A stretch of DNA of 64,000 nt from Malacoraja senta (taxonomy: Eukaryota): positions 62,001 to 126,000 of the forward strand of contig JAXLNO010000573.1 in NCBI GenBank assembly GCA_038087875.1, written 5' to 3'. This document shows positions 60,638 through 64,000 of the stretch, one piece after another. Made by a program: the position numbers and the translations under genes. The notes beneath the pieces were generated by a model, which worked only from the letters and a program-made list of their open reading frames with translations, was not told the DNA's origin and ran no database searches. Position 1 is the first letter of the stretch; every line of letters begins with the position of its first letter.

Positions 60638-62608
60638 TCAACCTAAATACAGTAAAAAAAACGTTGTTTTGTTCTCTATCCAGGCAGATCATAACATTTT
60701 TAAGTACATTTATACATCATGGTAGTGCAAATGAGAGAATAAAAACAGAATGTAAATTCTTTAGTTGCAGCTGCAGAGAAAATGCAGGCACAAATATTTC
60801 AAGGGCCATAACAAGGTACTTTGGGAGATCAAGAATATATCTTAATGTGTGAGATGAATGTTCAAAAATCCAACAAGAGTGGGACATAGTTTAATCTTCC
60901 ATTAATATAGCTGATGTCTGCATTGGGTTTCTTGTCCTGCTATTAGAACGGAGCTGGGGTGAGTGGGAGGAAGATCAGCAGGTTCAGGATGAGAATTCAT
61001 GATCCGTGAGTTTCTCACTGCCATCCTTTCCCCTTTGCTGAAGCTTAGATTCTCCAAAAGACAGTTCAGATAAGTGCACCAAGACTTTTGTTGGTTTTAT
61101 AGTAGCTCCATAAATTGATGCATCTGAGATTGACAGCAACAGTTATAGTGTGGAGGAAATAGCTGACTGGTGCTCTTTCTGACCAATGACACCAACAAGC
61201 CAACTGATCAATGGCCTCCAGGTTCATAAATATTCGTACATAATGCCCTGATACATATTCATGATATTTTCTAAATGTGTTAAAATTTAAGGACATACTG
61301 TTACTCAATTCTAAGAAAATGCTGGGAAATTACATGAAAAAAAATGTTCACGTCCATGATCATTTTAGACTCTCATTGCAAATAATTCTAGTCAAATGGT
61401 TTTAAGAAGCAAGCTGTGTTTCTGATGAAAAAACTGTGAAATTCCTTTCATCTGATTTGAATAGATTTAGAACATTTTGCAGCCATTAAAGGTTCTTATG
61501 CTGGAAAATAACACATTGGAATCAGATAAATAAAAGGGATTCAGTGATTGTTACCCAATAACTTTCTCTGGTCCCATCAGTGCCAATGCAATTGATTGGA
61601 TTGATAGATGGACCTAGAAAGCACATTTCCACCTTTTCTGGCATATTTCATTGGAGGCATTAACATTTTGTTTCATTTGATTGCATCACACTGGGACTTC
61701 TAGCCTCCTGATTGAAGAATACTAAGCTTTCAATTGCAGCCTTCACTATTATTCAGATCTAATCCACTCTTTCAGTGAAGGGTCTGATTCTGCTAAAGCG
61801 TTTCAAAGAGTACGAGGTGTGATTATTAAAGCAATGTGTTCACCACTTTATAGGATGTGTCTTTCTACTGATAAGCCACATGTAAAACATGCAGATTTAC
61901 TTCAGATGGTTGTGAATGGAAAGCTCATTAACATTTTATTTTTGAAGTTAAGTAGAAGATAAATTGAGAAGCAATACTTACAATTTTTAAGAAGGATTCT
62001 AGTTGAAAAATATTCACAGATTACCTTATTGTACATTCAAGTGCATTTCTTTCTGATAAAACTTGGTAACGTGTATAAAATAGACCCATTATCAGTACAA
62101 TATATTTTTATTTATGATGATAGTTATAGTCATCCTATTGAATAAATCCATGGAAATCTTTGTATAAAGAGTCTAAAATGTTGTTTTTGTTAAAACCAAA
62201 GGCTGCATCGTTTTTCAAATATTCATATAATTCTTCTCCTTCACTAGAACTAGGTGAGTATTTTATTTTAAAAGATCTTGATGCAAGAGGGTACGTTTGA
62301 GGATGGACATTATTTGGACATGTTTATAAAATAACTCTTCAGGCAAGATGAGTGAGTTGCCCATAAAACTTTCATTTAGCAATAAATTTGTTTTTAAACC
62401 CAATCACTGAAAATATTTGGTCCATTGCGTACAGTTTGTTTTGGTTGATAAATTTGTTCTGGGCCCTTCCTTTTGCTTGCATACTGTAACTCTTATAACT
62501 ACAACCTAACCTAACCAGTTTGCTGATGTTGTACAATAGAATATTGCTGGAGGGGTCCATATACAAAGTAGATCCTTCACAGTGCTATCTCAATATGTTT
62601 TTTTGAGA

Positions 62609-63220
62609 ATAGACAATAGACAATAGGTGCACGAGTAGGCCATTTGGCCCTTTGAGCCAGCACCGCCATTCAATGTGATCATGGCTGATCATCCCCAATC
62701 AGTACCCCGTTCATGCCTTCTCCCCTTATCTCCTGACTCTGCTATTTTTAAGAGCCCTATCTAGCTCTCACTTGAAAGCATCCAGAGAACCTGCCTCCAC
62801 CACCCTCTGAGGCAGATAATTCCACAGACTCACCACTCTCTGTGAGAAAAAGTGTTTTCTCGTCTCCATTCTAAATGGCTTACTCCTTATTCTTAAACTG
62901 TGGCCCCTGGTTCTGGACTCCCCCAACATCGGGAACATGTTTCCTGCCTCTAGCATGTCCAAACCCTTAACAATCTTATATGTTTCAATGAGAATCCCTC
63001 TCATCCTTCTAAACTCAAGAGTGTACAAGCCCAGCTGCTCCATTCTCTCAGCATATGACAGTCCCGCCATCCTGGGAATTAAACTTGTAAACCTACGCTG
63101 CACTCCCACAATAGCAACAATGTCCTTTCTCAAATTAGGGGACCAAAACTGCACACAATACTCCAGGTGTGATCTCACTAGGGCTCTGTACAACTGCAGA
63201 AGGACCTCTTTGCTCCTATA
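62609..63220 (-). mobile_element. CR1 LINE 3' portion
   Basis: ORF 62768-63193 YRALVRSHLEYCVQFWSP; (CTATTGT)n tail. Confidence 0.92.
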
Positions 63221-64000
63221 TTCGAAGCATAAGAATTTCTAGGCCAATACTTTGGATCAGAACTTCATTAGTAACAACAAAACAACTTTGTCCACCATCA
63301 ATAGATACACTTCTTAGCTTTCATAATATATATGTTTTAATTTTGTTTTTCTCAGTAAAAACAGAATAAATGTATTTGCTGGAATGTTTTTTGGAGGAAA
63401 ACCCATGGTTAAAGATTCATATGGTGAATGCACTGCAAATAAATGTTTGACTACCACAGTCTGTTTCCTTTTGGACAATTAATCATATAAAATGGTGAAA
63501 CATTTATATTAATATTTCAGAGCCAAAGCAATGTAAGTTATTTTTGTGTCTCCACTTTTGATATGTTTCAACTCTTATAATATATATCTTTGGTCAGAAA
63601 GCACAGTATACACTATCCTCCTGTATTACCTAGGTTTCTTTTATCTTTGTTGTAGACCACCAATAGCAATAGCTGGTGACTTCTTTTGCACCCAAACCTT
63701 AAATCCCACTACTTTAAAACAAATCTAATTACACAGCTTTCTGCTATTTCTGTTTTCATTTTGACCAAAATGCATTACTTTATATTGAGTATCATTGAAT
63801 TCCACCTGCTATTATTTTTTTAGTTTACATTAAATATCATCTTACATCTCCCAGCAGTAGAAATATAATTTATTGGCATGAAAATTACTATAGCCTATTA
63901 TTCTGGAATCAGGTTTTTCCGCCCTATCTCCTAGCAATGATTATAGATTCATAAAGTCAGAGACTCGTACTGCATGGAGACGGATCCTTTGGCCTTTCAT

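Overview
This is repeat-dense vertebrate DNA. The CR1/HER1-type LINEs, HE1/V-SINE-like SINEs and abundant Penelope-like repeats suggest a cartilaginous fish, probably a skate or ray (inference). I found no intact host gene; the window reads as intronic or intergenic, and every recognisable ORF is a transposon fragment. Main contents: (1) a deleted LTR retroelement/ERV with gag, an integrase remnant, a PPT and a 3' LTR (1-3738); (2) an IR/DR-type Tc1 element with a nested RTE LINE (10121-13048); (3) two non-autonomous Helitrons carrying different minisatellite arrays (~16520-18895 and 50517-52674); (4) two full-length ~4.8 kb DIRS1-type tyrosine-recombinase retrotransposons (22425-27243 +, 43140-47935 -) with ITR/ICR termini, ATT junctions and an adenine-methyltransferase-like domain, one with a 36-bp hairpin array inside its RT; (5) many Penelope-like fragments whose terminal repeat carries a minimal hammerhead-ribozyme motif, several as short insertions with 9-16 bp target duplications and one circularly permuted; (6) Harbinger-like MITEs, a hAT fragment, and CR1, Rex1/Babar and SINE copies. 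Family names come from motif recognition only; no database searches were run.
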